Shown one piece after another: positions 12,737 through 21,085 of a DNA stretch of 64,000 nucleotides (the first letter of the stretch is position 1; each line of letters begins with the position of its first letter). A program made the translations under genes and the position numbers. The stretch comes from an uncultured Candidatus Saccharibacteria bacterium (lineage in GTDB: Bacteria; Patescibacteriota; Saccharimonadia; Saccharimonadales; Saccharimonadaceae). Under the pieces are notes generated by a model that was given only the letters and a program-made list of their open reading frames with translations, was not told where the DNA came from and did not search any database. Location: NCBI GenBank assembly GCA_946408595.1, contig CAMJSX010000002.1, forward strand, positions 31,578-95,577. Reading direction: 5' to 3'.

Positions 12737-14307
12737 AATGTAGATTTAATATATTTATGTGCTAATTCGATAGGGTCTTTATATCTGTAAAAGACCCTAT
12801 TTTGTTGGTCAATTTCCCAGTTCAAGAATATTTCTCGCGCCAAAAGGTCTTTTCCGACTGGGTTTCTAGCTCTCATCTGTTGTTCGAGCATATTAAGCGA
12901 GTTCAAGAACTTTTCTTGATTCATCTTCAAACCCTCTGGGTCTATGATTTGTGATTCGACTTTGGCTAGCTCTTGTTCTATATTTATCAAATCTTCTTGT
13001 AGCATCTCGATTTGTTCGCGAACCTTTTGTTTTACGATTTCCGGCGTCATGCTATCGAACTTAGAGTAAGTCGTAGCGTGTTCGTTAATCTTCGCTTGTT
13101 TACGGCGTTTAGCGCCTAATAAGCTACGTTTTTCAATGATTAGCTTGTCGAGCTTAACGTCAACGTATTCCTTTAGGTCTTTTAGATGTCGGTTATAATC
13201 TTTCTCGTCAAACTTTAGCTCGCCTAAGGCTTTGTAAATTTCTTCTAGTATTACCTTAACGCGAACGGCGCGTGGCTTTCTGGAGCACTCTTTGTTCTCG
13301 CATCTAGCGTTTAAATAATATGTTCCGTTATATCCGCGACTACGCGATATATACATATAGCGTCCGCACTCTCGGCATTTAATAAATTGCCTAAATGGTA
13401 GGAATATATGGCCTTTTTGCTTGTATTTAACTACATTACGGCGCGTTCGGCTCCTTGTTAGTTCTTGGACGGCGTTATAGTCGCTCTCGCTAATCATGGG
13501 TTTAAAATTAGGGTTCAACTCGCGCAAATCGACAGATGTTCCAGACTGAACTAAGATTCCGTAATAGAAAGGGTCGCGAAATATAGAGGTTGCCATTTTG
13601 TCGCTAATCTCTATACGTCGCTTTGTCTTATTCTTGCGCGTAATCTTCGTTATACGATGAACGTCATGTGCGCGCCAGTATTCTAGAATCTCGGCTATCG
13701 TAGAACCCTCTAAACGCATTTTCCAGCCCTCTTGGATATAATAGAAATTCTCGTTAGGCTCATAAAAGCCGGTTATTTCGCTACGAGTATAACCCCATTT
13801 CGGCACGCCAGACGACTTGCCTTGTTCTAGGTTTGAGTCCATGCCACGTTGCACGCTCTCGCTAAGATGTTCTGAATATTGTTTAGACAAAGCGAACTGG
13901 ATATTAAGGTTAAGTTTTCCGCTCGCGTTATTTGTAAACGGATGCGTTGGAAATTGCAGGTCTTTAATAACATCGTTATCTACCATATCGACTATCATGC
14001 CGGCCTCGAGCATATTGCGAGCTAGTCGGTCAGGATGCCACGCGATAATGCCGTCAAACTTACCGCTTTCAATATCTTTTAGCATCTGGGTAAATAAAGG
14101 GCGGTTTCCAGATTTCTTGGCTGATTTTGATTCCTGAATCGGCTTGCCAACTACTTTTAAATTATGCCTTAATGCATACTCCTCGCAGTCGGCTATTTGG
14201 TCGGGTAATGATTTAGCTTGCGCCTCTACATCTTCAGATGATTTGCGAGCATAAATAACATAGCGTAAAGGCTTTTTACTATTCCCATATCCATTAGTTA
14301 TAAGCAC
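12721..14307 (-). CDS. Large serine recombinase/integrase
   Basis: YVIYARKSSED catalytic Ser, DRLAR, recombinase domain, CxxC zinc ribbon, coiled coil; GTG start with AAGGAG RBS; stop lies inside att core. Confidence 0.95.
   Translation of the reverse strand: MLITNGYGNSKKPLRYVIYARKSSEDVEAQAKSLPDQIADCEEYALRHNLKVVGKPIQESKSAKKSGNRPLFTQMLKDIESGKFDGIIAWHPDRLARNMLEAGMIVDMVDNDVIKDLQFPTHPFTNNASGKLNLNIQFALSKQYSEHLSESVQRGMDSNLEQGKSSGVPKWGYTRSEITGFYEPNENFYYIQEGWKMRLEGSTIAEILEYWRAHDVHRITKITRKNKTKRRIEISDKMATSIFRDPFYYGILVQSGTSVDLRELNPNFKPMISESDYNAVQELTRSRTRRNVVKYKQKGHIFLPFRQFIKCRECGRYMYISRSRGYNGTYYLNARCENKECSRKPRAVRVKVILEEIYKALGELKFDEKDYNRHLKDLKEYVDVKLDKLIIEKRSLLGAKRRKQAKINEHATTYSKFDSMTPEIVKQKVREQIEMLQEDLINIEQELAKVESQIIDPEGLKMNQEKFLNSLNMLEQQMRARNPVGKDLLAREIFLNWEIDQQNRVFYRYKDPIELAHKYIKSTFGAPD
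12770..12800 (+). terminator. 11-bp inverted repeat downstream of tRNA, inside integrase CDS
   Basis: atagggtcttt-9 nt-aaagaccctat followed by ttt. Confidence 0.55.
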
Positions 14308-14325
14308 GCTATGCTCCTTGTTTAG

Positions 14326-14484
14326 TTAATATAGATATTCGACTCCGTCGCTACATACTCCGCGCCACGAATTTTCTTTGATTTCTTTGGCGGTAGGTTC
14401 GCCCATTTCATCGAGCGTCAATAGTAGCTTGATAAGGTTCTTGGCGCTCTCGATAGACTTTCTTTGGGTTTCGTTCAACTCCAC
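14326..14484 (-). CDS. 52-aa ORF upstream of integrase, not in ORF track
   Basis: AGGAG-ttttc-GTG; MELNETQRKSIESAKNLIKLLLTLDEMGEPTAKEIKENSWRGVCSDGVEYLY. Confidence 0.6.
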   Translation of the reverse strand: MELNETQRKSIESAKNLIKLLLTLDEMGEPTAKEIKENSWRGVCSDGVEYLY

Positions 14485-14675
14485 GAAAACTCCTAACGTT
14501 TAAAGTGCAATTCGAGAATCGCTCTCGAATCGGTATAGCGCCAAAGCCGTAGCAAACACACCTACGAAAATGGCGCAGGGTTCCCACCCTACGCCGCAAT
14601 TACTAATTACTATTATACCATTTTTGAACTATTTTTGAACCAAAAGCCATAAGCACCACTTGAAAACAAGTGGAA

Positions 14676-15185
14676 TTAGTCTTTAATAGCGCCAGTAATA
14701 ACGTTAATTATTTCTTGTTTTGTCATGTTTTCGAATTTACCAATTCGAGCAAGAGGAATTTTAGCCTCGCTAAATATGCGTTCAATTTCGTTATCGCGTT
14801 CTTTACGGTCGGTTCTATTATGAGTAGAGTCGTCTAACTCGATAGCGCAAATAATCTTATAACTTTCTTTTCCAACTAATACAAAATCAACCGACTTGCC
14901 GTTAATATGGCGAAACGCGGCGTTCCAATTTTGGCCTTTTACTTTATGATTCAATAGGGCGGAAAGATGCACTTGAGGAATTACGAACCATTTTGCGCCG
15001 AATATTTCATTTAAGGTTTTAAAGCACTCGTTTTCGCGAGCCGTCATAATATAGGGTTTGGCGTAGTATCGGTAGTGTGATTTTTTAATTTGACTATCGT
15101 TTATTTTTGTGTCGATTTTCTTTTCGATATAAGCTATACCGACGCAAGCTACGATTAAGATTATTATCCAAATATATGTAGGCAT
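14676..15185 (-). CDS. DUF2726 domain protein with N-terminal TM
   Basis: IMTARENECF, VIPQVHLSALL, KSVDFVL, AIELDDSTH, RDNEIE. Confidence 0.85.
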   Translation of the reverse strand: MPTYIWIIILIVACVGIAYIEKKIDTKINDSQIKKSHYRYYAKPYIMTARENECFKTLNEIFGAKWFVIPQVHLSALLNHKVKGQNWNAAFRHINGKSVDFVLVGKESYKIICAIELDDSTHNRTDRKERDNEIERIFSEAKIPLARIGKFENMTKQEIINVITGAIKD

Positions 15186-15200
15186 TTTCCACTCCTTTTA

Positions 15201-15956
15201 TTACTTTTTAAATACGAATAAATATTCATGCGCCAGTAATAAGAAATTGTATTTAACGCTATTCGTTTTCCAGTATCCGGTCGCTCGACAATTATGCTGT
15301 TCTTTCATAATGATTTCTTTTAGCTTAAAGCCAGCATCCTCAAATACTTGCATCGTTTTAAAACTAAGAGGGATGACATGGCCTTTTTGGCGCGTATCGC
15401 CCATTAGAATCGCGCAGAACTTGCCTTTCTTTAATACGCGATAACTTTCACTTGCGACGGCTTTCATTTGTTCTAGGAACTCATCTACTTTAAAATTCGA
15501 AAGGTCGGCCGGTATATCTTGACCCTCGCTATAATGAATAATGTTTGCGTAAGGCGGATGCGTGCAAATTAAATCTATACTATCGTTCGGCACTCCTTTT
15601 AGTTTTCGCGCATCTCCCTTACGGATATAGACTTTTCCGTCGGCGCCGTCATGCTTGAACTTTACTTTTTCTCGGCATCTTTTAAGAGCGTCATCGTTTA
15701 CGTCTAAGCCTAGAATATTTCTATTTAATAATTTAGCCTCTACTAGAGTAGTTCCGCCTCCGGCGAACTGGTCTAATACCATATCGCCCTCGCTAGAGTA
15801 GCGGAGAAGAATATTGCGCGGAATATATGGCGACCAGTTTCCGCGCCATTTCGCATCGTGGGTAGCCCAATTACCACGATTAGGGAAACTCCAGACGCTA
15901 GTCATTTCTAACTCAAAATCGTCTGGCTCCCATTTCTTAATAGTTTTATCGGGCAT
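15201..15956 (-). CDS. Amino (m6A/m4C) DNA methyltransferase
   Basis: Motif I DQFAGGGT followed by motif IV THPPY. Confidence 0.9.
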   Translation of the reverse strand: MPDKTIKKWEPDDFELEMTSVWSFPNRGNWATHDAKWRGNWSPYIPRNILLRYSSEGDMVLDQFAGGGTTLVEAKLLNRNILGLDVNDDALKRCREKVKFKHDGADGKVYIRKGDARKLKGVPNDSIDLICTHPPYANIIHYSEGQDIPADLSNFKVDEFLEQMKAVASESYRVLKKGKFCAILMGDTRQKGHVIPLSFKTMQVFEDAGFKLKEIIMKEQHNCRATGYWKTNSVKYNFLLLAHEYLFVFKK

Positions 15957-15961
15957 AGGCG

Positions 15962-16816
15962 CTAAAACCTTTCTATTACGCCACTCTCGAGGTCTTTAAT
16001 ATTATAGACATCATCTAATACGTCAAACGTTTCTTCTAGGTTGTTTCTGGCGCTGTTCCAGCCCTTTCCGTCGGTAAACCATGCAAACTTAAAGCCGTCT
16101 ATCGTTTTAGCCTCAAGTGCTAGCGTCTTGTAGCTACGAGCAGTTTCATTGAGTTTAGAGCCACCACTACCATAAAAATTAGTCTCAATTCCGTAGATAT
16201 TGTTAGCGGTCTTAATTACGAAATCAAATCGTTTTTCGGCTTTACCTTGATTAGAAATAGCAGAAAGGTCGATATTCCATTTATTTTCGATTTCGCTAAG
16301 ATTCATCTCTTTAAAGTAATTTTCGCCTTTAACGTATCCGGCTTTTTGGATATAGCCCTCTACGAGATTCTCCATTAAATGACCGCCACGATTCTTGCGT
16401 CCGTTAGAGTCTAGGCCAGTCTCTACGCCGGTGGCGTAATCTACTAGGTTGCTAATGATATGATTTGCGATAAGGTCGAATAGGCCAGTTTTTCGCATAA
16501 ATACCTTGTATTGTTCTACGGAGTAATTCATCTTATCGAACCTATAATTAAACTCTCCGTCCTCGTCTAGTGCGTAAATCTCATTAGCGCGAACGGCTAG
16601 TAAAATAGGAATACATTTTAGCGTTTCTGGGTATTTGGTAATAAGCGCATCAAACTCTCGCTCAATATTTTGCGAGCCTACGAGTGCATTTAATATATTT
16701 AATTCGACCTTGATAGCATCTACGTTCTTATGAATCTTTGGAAAGTCGATATAGTAGCCATAGTCGGCAATACTTTCGCGGAACTCTCCTAGCCATGCGT
16801 TAAAGTTTCTATTCAT
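15962..16816 (-). CDS. DpnII/MboI-family type II restriction endonuclease (GATC)
   Basis: GVETGLDSNGRKNRGG, KRFDFVI, IETNFYGSGGSKLNETARSY, WFTDGKGW. Confidence 0.93.
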   Translation of the reverse strand: MNRNFNAWLGEFRESIADYGYYIDFPKIHKNVDAIKVELNILNALVGSQNIEREFDALITKYPETLKCIPILLAVRANEIYALDEDGEFNYRFDKMNYSVEQYKVFMRKTGLFDLIANHIISNLVDYATGVETGLDSNGRKNRGGHLMENLVEGYIQKAGYVKGENYFKEMNLSEIENKWNIDLSAISNQGKAEKRFDFVIKTANNIYGIETNFYGSGGSKLNETARSYKTLALEAKTIDGFKFAWFTDGKGWNSARNNLEETFDVLDDVYNIKDLESGVIERF

Positions 16817-16827
16817 ATTACTCCTTT

Positions 16828-17904
16828 CTAGTTATTAAAATTTGATATTAACAATTCACTAATTTTGCCACGCGCGTCGCTATTGCGGTTTATCATACGC
16901 GTTGCAGAAACGCGTTTTATATTCTGTTTCGAATAGGCTTTGTCGAAGAAATCGTCGTCTTTGTTGGTGTTCTTTGGGTCGGAATTGCTGACGACTATCT
17001 TCGCTCCTTTATTGTCTAGTTCTTGCACGAAACGAGCAAGCTCAAGCTGATTCTTATCGTCGAATAGTTCTTCGGTATAAGATGTAAAGTTTGCGGTCGG
17101 AGTTAGTGGCCTGTATGGGGGGTCGAAATATACAAAAGTTTTATCGTCTATAAAGTCGGCAGACTCTTTATAATCTCCGCATACTATTTTGACGTCCTTG
17201 AGCTTTTTTGAAATGGCTCTAAGGTTATCCTCGTTGCAAATTTGGGGATTCTTGTAAGCGCCAATAGGCACGTTAAAATCGCCTTTCTTATTAACTCGAT
17301 AAAGTCCATTAAAGCAGGTTCTATTTAGAAAAATCATGAGCATAGATTTTTCTGGATTAAGGTCGGCTCTATCCATGTGTTTTAATTCATTAAAACGACC
17401 GCGCGCCTTTATATACATATCTTTCCGGTCGGCATCGTCTAGTTCTAAATAGGCCTTTTCAACTGATTTTAGTCGCTCTATAAATTCATCTACGTTATCA
17501 CGAATCGCAATATAAGTATCTATAAGGTCTTTGTTAATATCGCTAATATAAACCTCGTCTGGAGAGAACTTGTTTAGAACATCAAACAATACGGCGCCAC
17601 CACCAACGAAAGGCTCCGCGTATTTCGTAATCGTTTTATCTTTTTCAAAAGGGTAATAAGCGCTAATTTCTTTAAGTAGTTGGCCTTTACCGCCAGCCCA
17701 CTTTAAGAAAGGTTTAGCATCTAAATTATTTTTTGGGTTGTCTTTTTTTCTTGCATCTAGAGGTTTTAGGGCGTTCTCCGGAATTATCCATGCATTAGCT
17801 ACAAATGTTGCACCCTCAATCCGGTTTTCAGAACAAAGAGTAGCGACTCTACGTTGCGAAATACCCCATTTTGTCGCAATATCTTTGGCCGAAACAAACG
17901 CCAT
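16828..17904 (-). CDS. Dam/DpnM-family adenine methyltransferase with N-terminal HTH
   Basis: PFLKWAGGK, EPFVGGGAV, NRTCFNGLYRVN, YFDPPY; N-terminal SAKDIATKWGISQRRVATLC; RBS GGAGG. Confidence 0.95.
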   Translation of the reverse strand: MAFVSAKDIATKWGISQRRVATLCSENRIEGATFVANAWIIPENALKPLDARKKDNPKNNLDAKPFLKWAGGKGQLLKEISAYYPFEKDKTITKYAEPFVGGGAVLFDVLNKFSPDEVYISDINKDLIDTYIAIRDNVDEFIERLKSVEKAYLELDDADRKDMYIKARGRFNELKHMDRADLNPEKSMLMIFLNRTCFNGLYRVNKKGDFNVPIGAYKNPQICNEDNLRAISKKLKDVKIVCGDYKESADFIDDKTFVYFDPPYRPLTPTANFTSYTEELFDDKNQLELARFVQELDNKGAKIVVSNSDPKNTNKDDDFFDKAYSKQNIKRVSATRMINRNSDARGKISELLISNFNN

Positions 17905-17933
17905 ATTTTCCTCCACAATTAACTAATACTTAT

Positions 17934-17963
17934 ATTATACCAAATCTGGAACAAAACTGGATC
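17934..17963 (-). promoter_or_regulatory. R-M operon promoter with GATC at -35 and tandem repeats
   Basis: Minus strand gatccagttttgttccagatttggTATAAT. Confidence 0.65.
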
Positions 17964-17982
17964 TAAAAATGGCGATTTTGTT

Positions 17983-18330
17983 CTAACCTCTAGTTAACTT
18001 GCGAATGCCATTTATTATTTGCTCTTGAACGGCAATATCGTTTTTATTCGTTTCTGGATTAGAGATAGAGTTCCAATTAAGCAAATCTTCTCTGATGCTT
18101 TTTAATTCTTCTCCATATAGCTCCAATAAGTGTAGTTCAGTCATCTTGTAGCGCTCCATTAGAGCATCTTTTTCAAATAATATGGCATCTTCTATTTCGG
18201 ATGCTAACTCTTTACTCCATTTGAGTAGGGTATTCTTGCTTACTCCTAGTTGCTTTACGATGTTGTCATAACTATTGCCTTTGGCTCTTAGCTCTATGAA
18301 TTTAGCTTGTTTTTCCACTTTGTTTTCCAT
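17983..18330 (-). CDS. Small HTH protein
   Basis: ELRAKGNSYDNIVKQLGVSKNTLLKW; RBS AAGGAG. Confidence 0.7.
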   Translation of the reverse strand: MENKVEKQAKFIELRAKGNSYDNIVKQLGVSKNTLLKWSKELASEIEDAILFEKDALMERYKMTELHLLELYGEELKSIREDLLNWNSISNPETNKNDIAVQEQIINGIRKLTRG

Positions 18331-18557
18331 ATATTTCTCCTTATAGTTCAAGGTGGAGTAGGTTATAGCGATAACCTAGTATATAAATTCTTCTATTCTG
18401 GGGTATTTACTCCTTTCTAGTTCTTTAGGTTTAAACTCGTAATTTGGATGCAAAAACCACCAGTCCGTGATATAATAGAGTAGTTCAGGTTTAACGTAAT
18501 CTGGCGCACCACGTCCTAACGGACAGCTTAAAAAGCAAGACATCGTTGCTTCGCAAG

Positions 18558-18578
18558 CGAGTCTAGTCAGGCGCACCA
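18558..18578 (+). repeat. att core, right copy
   Basis: Exact 21-bp copy of the tRNA-Leu 3' end. Confidence 0.95.
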
Positions 18579-18596
18579 TTTATTATAAGGAGGTAG

Positions 18597-19607
18597 ATGA
18601 AAAAGTCATTATTGAAGATTTCGTGCATCGCATTGACATTAATGCTAGGCACGATTTTTTGTAACTACAAAACCGTTTTCGCAGAAGAATCTACTAATGC
18701 CGAAGAAAGTGAAGTTCAAAAAGCCTCTACTAGCATTAGTATCACACCAGTAAGTAAAATCCTAAAACTTGAGCCAAGCACCGAATACAAAGATTCCTTC
18801 ACCGTAACAAATAATGGTAGCGAAACTATGGAATTTGAAGTCTACGCCGCGCCGTACTCATATGTTTTTTCGGAAGATGATAATGAATACCGTTTAGGTT
18901 TTAGCAACGAAACTGCCTACACTCAAATCACTAGATGGATTACCTTCAAAGATACAAATGGAAACTATGTTAAAAACCCAAGGTTCAAAGTTGAACCTGG
19001 CGAGAGTACCAAAGTATCATATCGTATTTCTACCCCTTTCAGTATCCCTGACGGAGGACAATACGCCGTCCTCTTCGCACACACCTTATCGGCTACGGTA
19101 TTATCAAATGGTATCCGTACCGAAGCAAGCCCTGGTCTAATCGTTTATGGCCGTTCAAGTGGGGAAACCATCAACTCTGCAGAAATCAATAACTTGGAAA
19201 TCAGACAAACATTTAATGATGGCCAAGAAACCAAGAACATCATCAATGCCTCAGCTAAAGTAAAAAATACTGGTAACGTTGATTTCATGGCCTATGGCAA
19301 GCTTAAAGTTACTGGTCTTTTCGGCGTTACATATTATGAGACACCTTCAAGCGAAGGAATGATTTCGATTATCCCAGAAACCGAGTTGACCGTGTCAGAC
19401 AAATGGGAAAAGACACCATATTTTGGAATTTTTAATGCGACCTGGACCGTTACTGCAACCGATAAAACAGAAACTATCAGTATGGTAATTCTGATTCTCC
19501 CAGCGCCAATCATTATTCTTCTAATTTTGCTATTGACAATTATTGCAATTTGGATTATACTTATGGTAAGGAAGCGTAAAGAACGCCGTTCTAGATATCT
19601 GGTCTAG
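18597..19607 (+). CDS. Exported protein resembling WxL-interacting DUF916/DUF3324 proteins
   Basis: Signal peptide, FTVTNNG, IPDGGQYAVLF, VKNTGNVD, C-terminal TM plus basic tail. Confidence 0.65.
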   Translation: MKKSLLKISCIALTLMLGTIFCNYKTVFAEESTNAEESEVQKASTSISITPVSKILKLEPSTEYKDSFTVTNNGSETMEFEVYAAPYSYVFSEDDNEYRLGFSNETAYTQITRWITFKDTNGNYVKNPRFKVEPGESTKVSYRISTPFSIPDGGQYAVLFAHTLSATVLSNGIRTEASPGLIVYGRSSGETINSAEINNLEIRQTFNDGQETKNIINASAKVKNTGNVDFMAYGKLKVTGLFGVTYYETPSSEGMISIIPETELTVSDKWEKTPYFGIFNATWTVTATDKTETISMVILILPAPIIILLILLLTIIAIWIILMVRKRKERRSRYLV

Positions 19608-19675
19608 TCTGGCGACCGTGTGGAGCGGTTTTACGAGGCCAAAATAAATATTAAACATAAACAAGAGTGTAGAGT

Positions 19676-20554
19676 ATGAGAAAAACACAAAAAAGAATTT
19701 TTGGGTTCTTTGGCTTACTCATCGTCGCAATGATGACTATTATAGCGACAATGATACCGAGTCCAGGAGCCTCGGCGAACAGTGTGACCGACACAATTAT
19801 TGTGCGAGTGGTCGGTAATGTCACAAACGCCAAATTTCAAAAACCTAGTGGAAACGTTATCACGACAGATGACGGGACCAACTATATATTTAATTATGAA
19901 AATGCCAGCGCCGTAAGGCTAGCCTTGTCTTACACCAACAAGGAAAACGCCACGGTTGATCTAGAGGATTATGAATTGTACCCCGATTTAGGAAATGTTG
20001 CTGGCACAAAAGACGAGAATTTGAATGTACGCGCACGCGGATTTTCTTATGGTAGATACATTTTGTCCCTGTATGCTACAGGCCCAGAAGGATCAGAGCT
20101 CCTATATGATTCTATTTCAATAGAATACATACCTGTGATTGCTGAAGCGGAACAAAATGAGGACAATGGATTGGTGGATTTGGATTTAAGCTCTTATGAT
20201 GACGAGGATGTTGAGATAGTAGAAATCTATTTGGATGGTGAGCTTATTAAGACGGTGCCAAAGGACAAATTTGACGAAGTTGCAACAATTGATTTAGGCG
20301 ATAAAGAAAGTGGTGAATACACATTTGACGTAATAGCAAAGAACGCGGACGGAGACATTCTATATAGCCCATACAAAGTAACTTTCGATTACGATGCAAC
20401 TGGTATACCAGACACCGACGTACCAGATACCGGTTATTTCTTCCAGAATTTGAATATATCTAGAGAAGACTATTTGATCACCGGGCTAATCGTATTCTTT
20501 GTATTCGGAATAGTGGCATTTAGTATAGTAGCAAAGGGAAGCAAGCGAAAATAA
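19676..20554 (+). CDS. Surface protein with VPDTG sorting-like C-terminus
   Basis: N-terminal signal, acidic Ig-like body, VPDTGYF then TM then KGSKRK. Confidence 0.65.
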   Translation: MRKTQKRIFGFFGLLIVAMMTIIATMIPSPGASANSVTDTIIVRVVGNVTNAKFQKPSGNVITTDDGTNYIFNYENASAVRLALSYTNKENATVDLEDYELYPDLGNVAGTKDENLNVRARGFSYGRYILSLYATGPEGSELLYDSISIEYIPVIAEAEQNEDNGLVDLDLSSYDDEDVEIVEIYLDGELIKTVPKDKFDEVATIDLGDKESGEYTFDVIAKNADGDILYSPYKVTFDYDATGIPDTDVPDTGYFFQNLNISREDYLITGLIVFFVFGIVAFSIVAKGSKRK

Positions 20555-20580
20555 GTTAATTTATACTCTACATTGTTTAT

Positions 20581-20616
20581 TTTGGGCGCCCAAAAAACTG
20601 CGAGGGGCGCCCAAAA
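20581..20616. repeat. GC-rich hairpin
   Basis: tttgggcgccc-aaaaaactgcgag-gggcgcccaaa. Confidence 0.6.
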
Positions 20617-20624
20617 TTTTGCAT

Positions 20625-20654
20625 AAAAAACGAGCCTTCGAAAGGCTCGTTTTT
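20625..20654. terminator. Bidirectional intrinsic terminator
   Basis: aaaaaacgagcc-ttcgaaa-ggctcgttttt between convergent genes. Confidence 0.85.
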
Positions 20655-20661
20655 AAATCTT

Positions 20662-21006
20662 TTAGGCTTCAATTGCAGAATCTTTAGCCTTGGCTTTTTT
20701 CTCAGCTTCTTTTTTAGCTTTTTTGGCCTTGGCTTCGAGAGCTTCTTTCATCTTGGCGGCTTTAGCAGCGCGAGCCTTAAAGCGATCCACGCGACCTTCG
20801 GTATCGATAATCTTCTCTTCACCAGTGAAGAATGGATGGCTTTTAGAAGAAATCTGAACCTTGACTAATGGATATTCCTTACCATCTTCCCATTTGATGG
20901 TCTCTTCGCTCTTCGCGGTAGATTTCGTGAGGAACGAAAAATTCGCAGCCTCGTCCATGAAGACGACAGCACGATAATCTTTAGGGTGTAACTGTGTTTT
21001 ACTCAT
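20662..21006 (-). CDS. rpmE2: 50S ribosomal protein L31 type B with Lys/Ala-rich tail
   Basis: [38 protein letters not shown]; no CxxC. Confidence 0.95.
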   Translation of the reverse strand: MSKTQLHPKDYRAVVFMDEAANFSFLTKSTAKSEETIKWEDGKEYPLVKVQISSKSHPFFTGEEKIIDTEGRVDRFKARAAKAAKMKEALEAKAKKAKKEAEKKAKAKDSAIEA

Positions 21007-21049
21007 AATTAGCGTCTATTATATCAGAGAATAGAAAAAAAGTAAAGAA

Positions 21050-21074
21050 AAAGCGGGCTAGATTGGCCCGCTTT
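21050..21074 (-). terminator. Intrinsic terminator after ClpP-like gene
   Basis: aaagcgggc-tagattg-gcccgcttt with flanking A run. Confidence 0.75.
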
Positions 21075-21085
21075 AAGGTGGAGGG

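Larger units (their letters stand above)
12737..18578. mobile_element. 5.8-kb integrative defence island at tRNA-Leu
   Basis: 21-bp flanking direct repeats, large serine recombinase, R-M cargo, all genes on minus strand, GATC depleted. Confidence 0.93.

Noticed and set aside
14408-14599. 63-aa ORF in the track
   Set aside because: Crosses the hairpin leader; the overlapping 52-aa frame has the RBS
18376-18579. 67-aa ORF starting in attR
   Set aside because: Begins within the tRNA-derived repeat, no RBS, no domain
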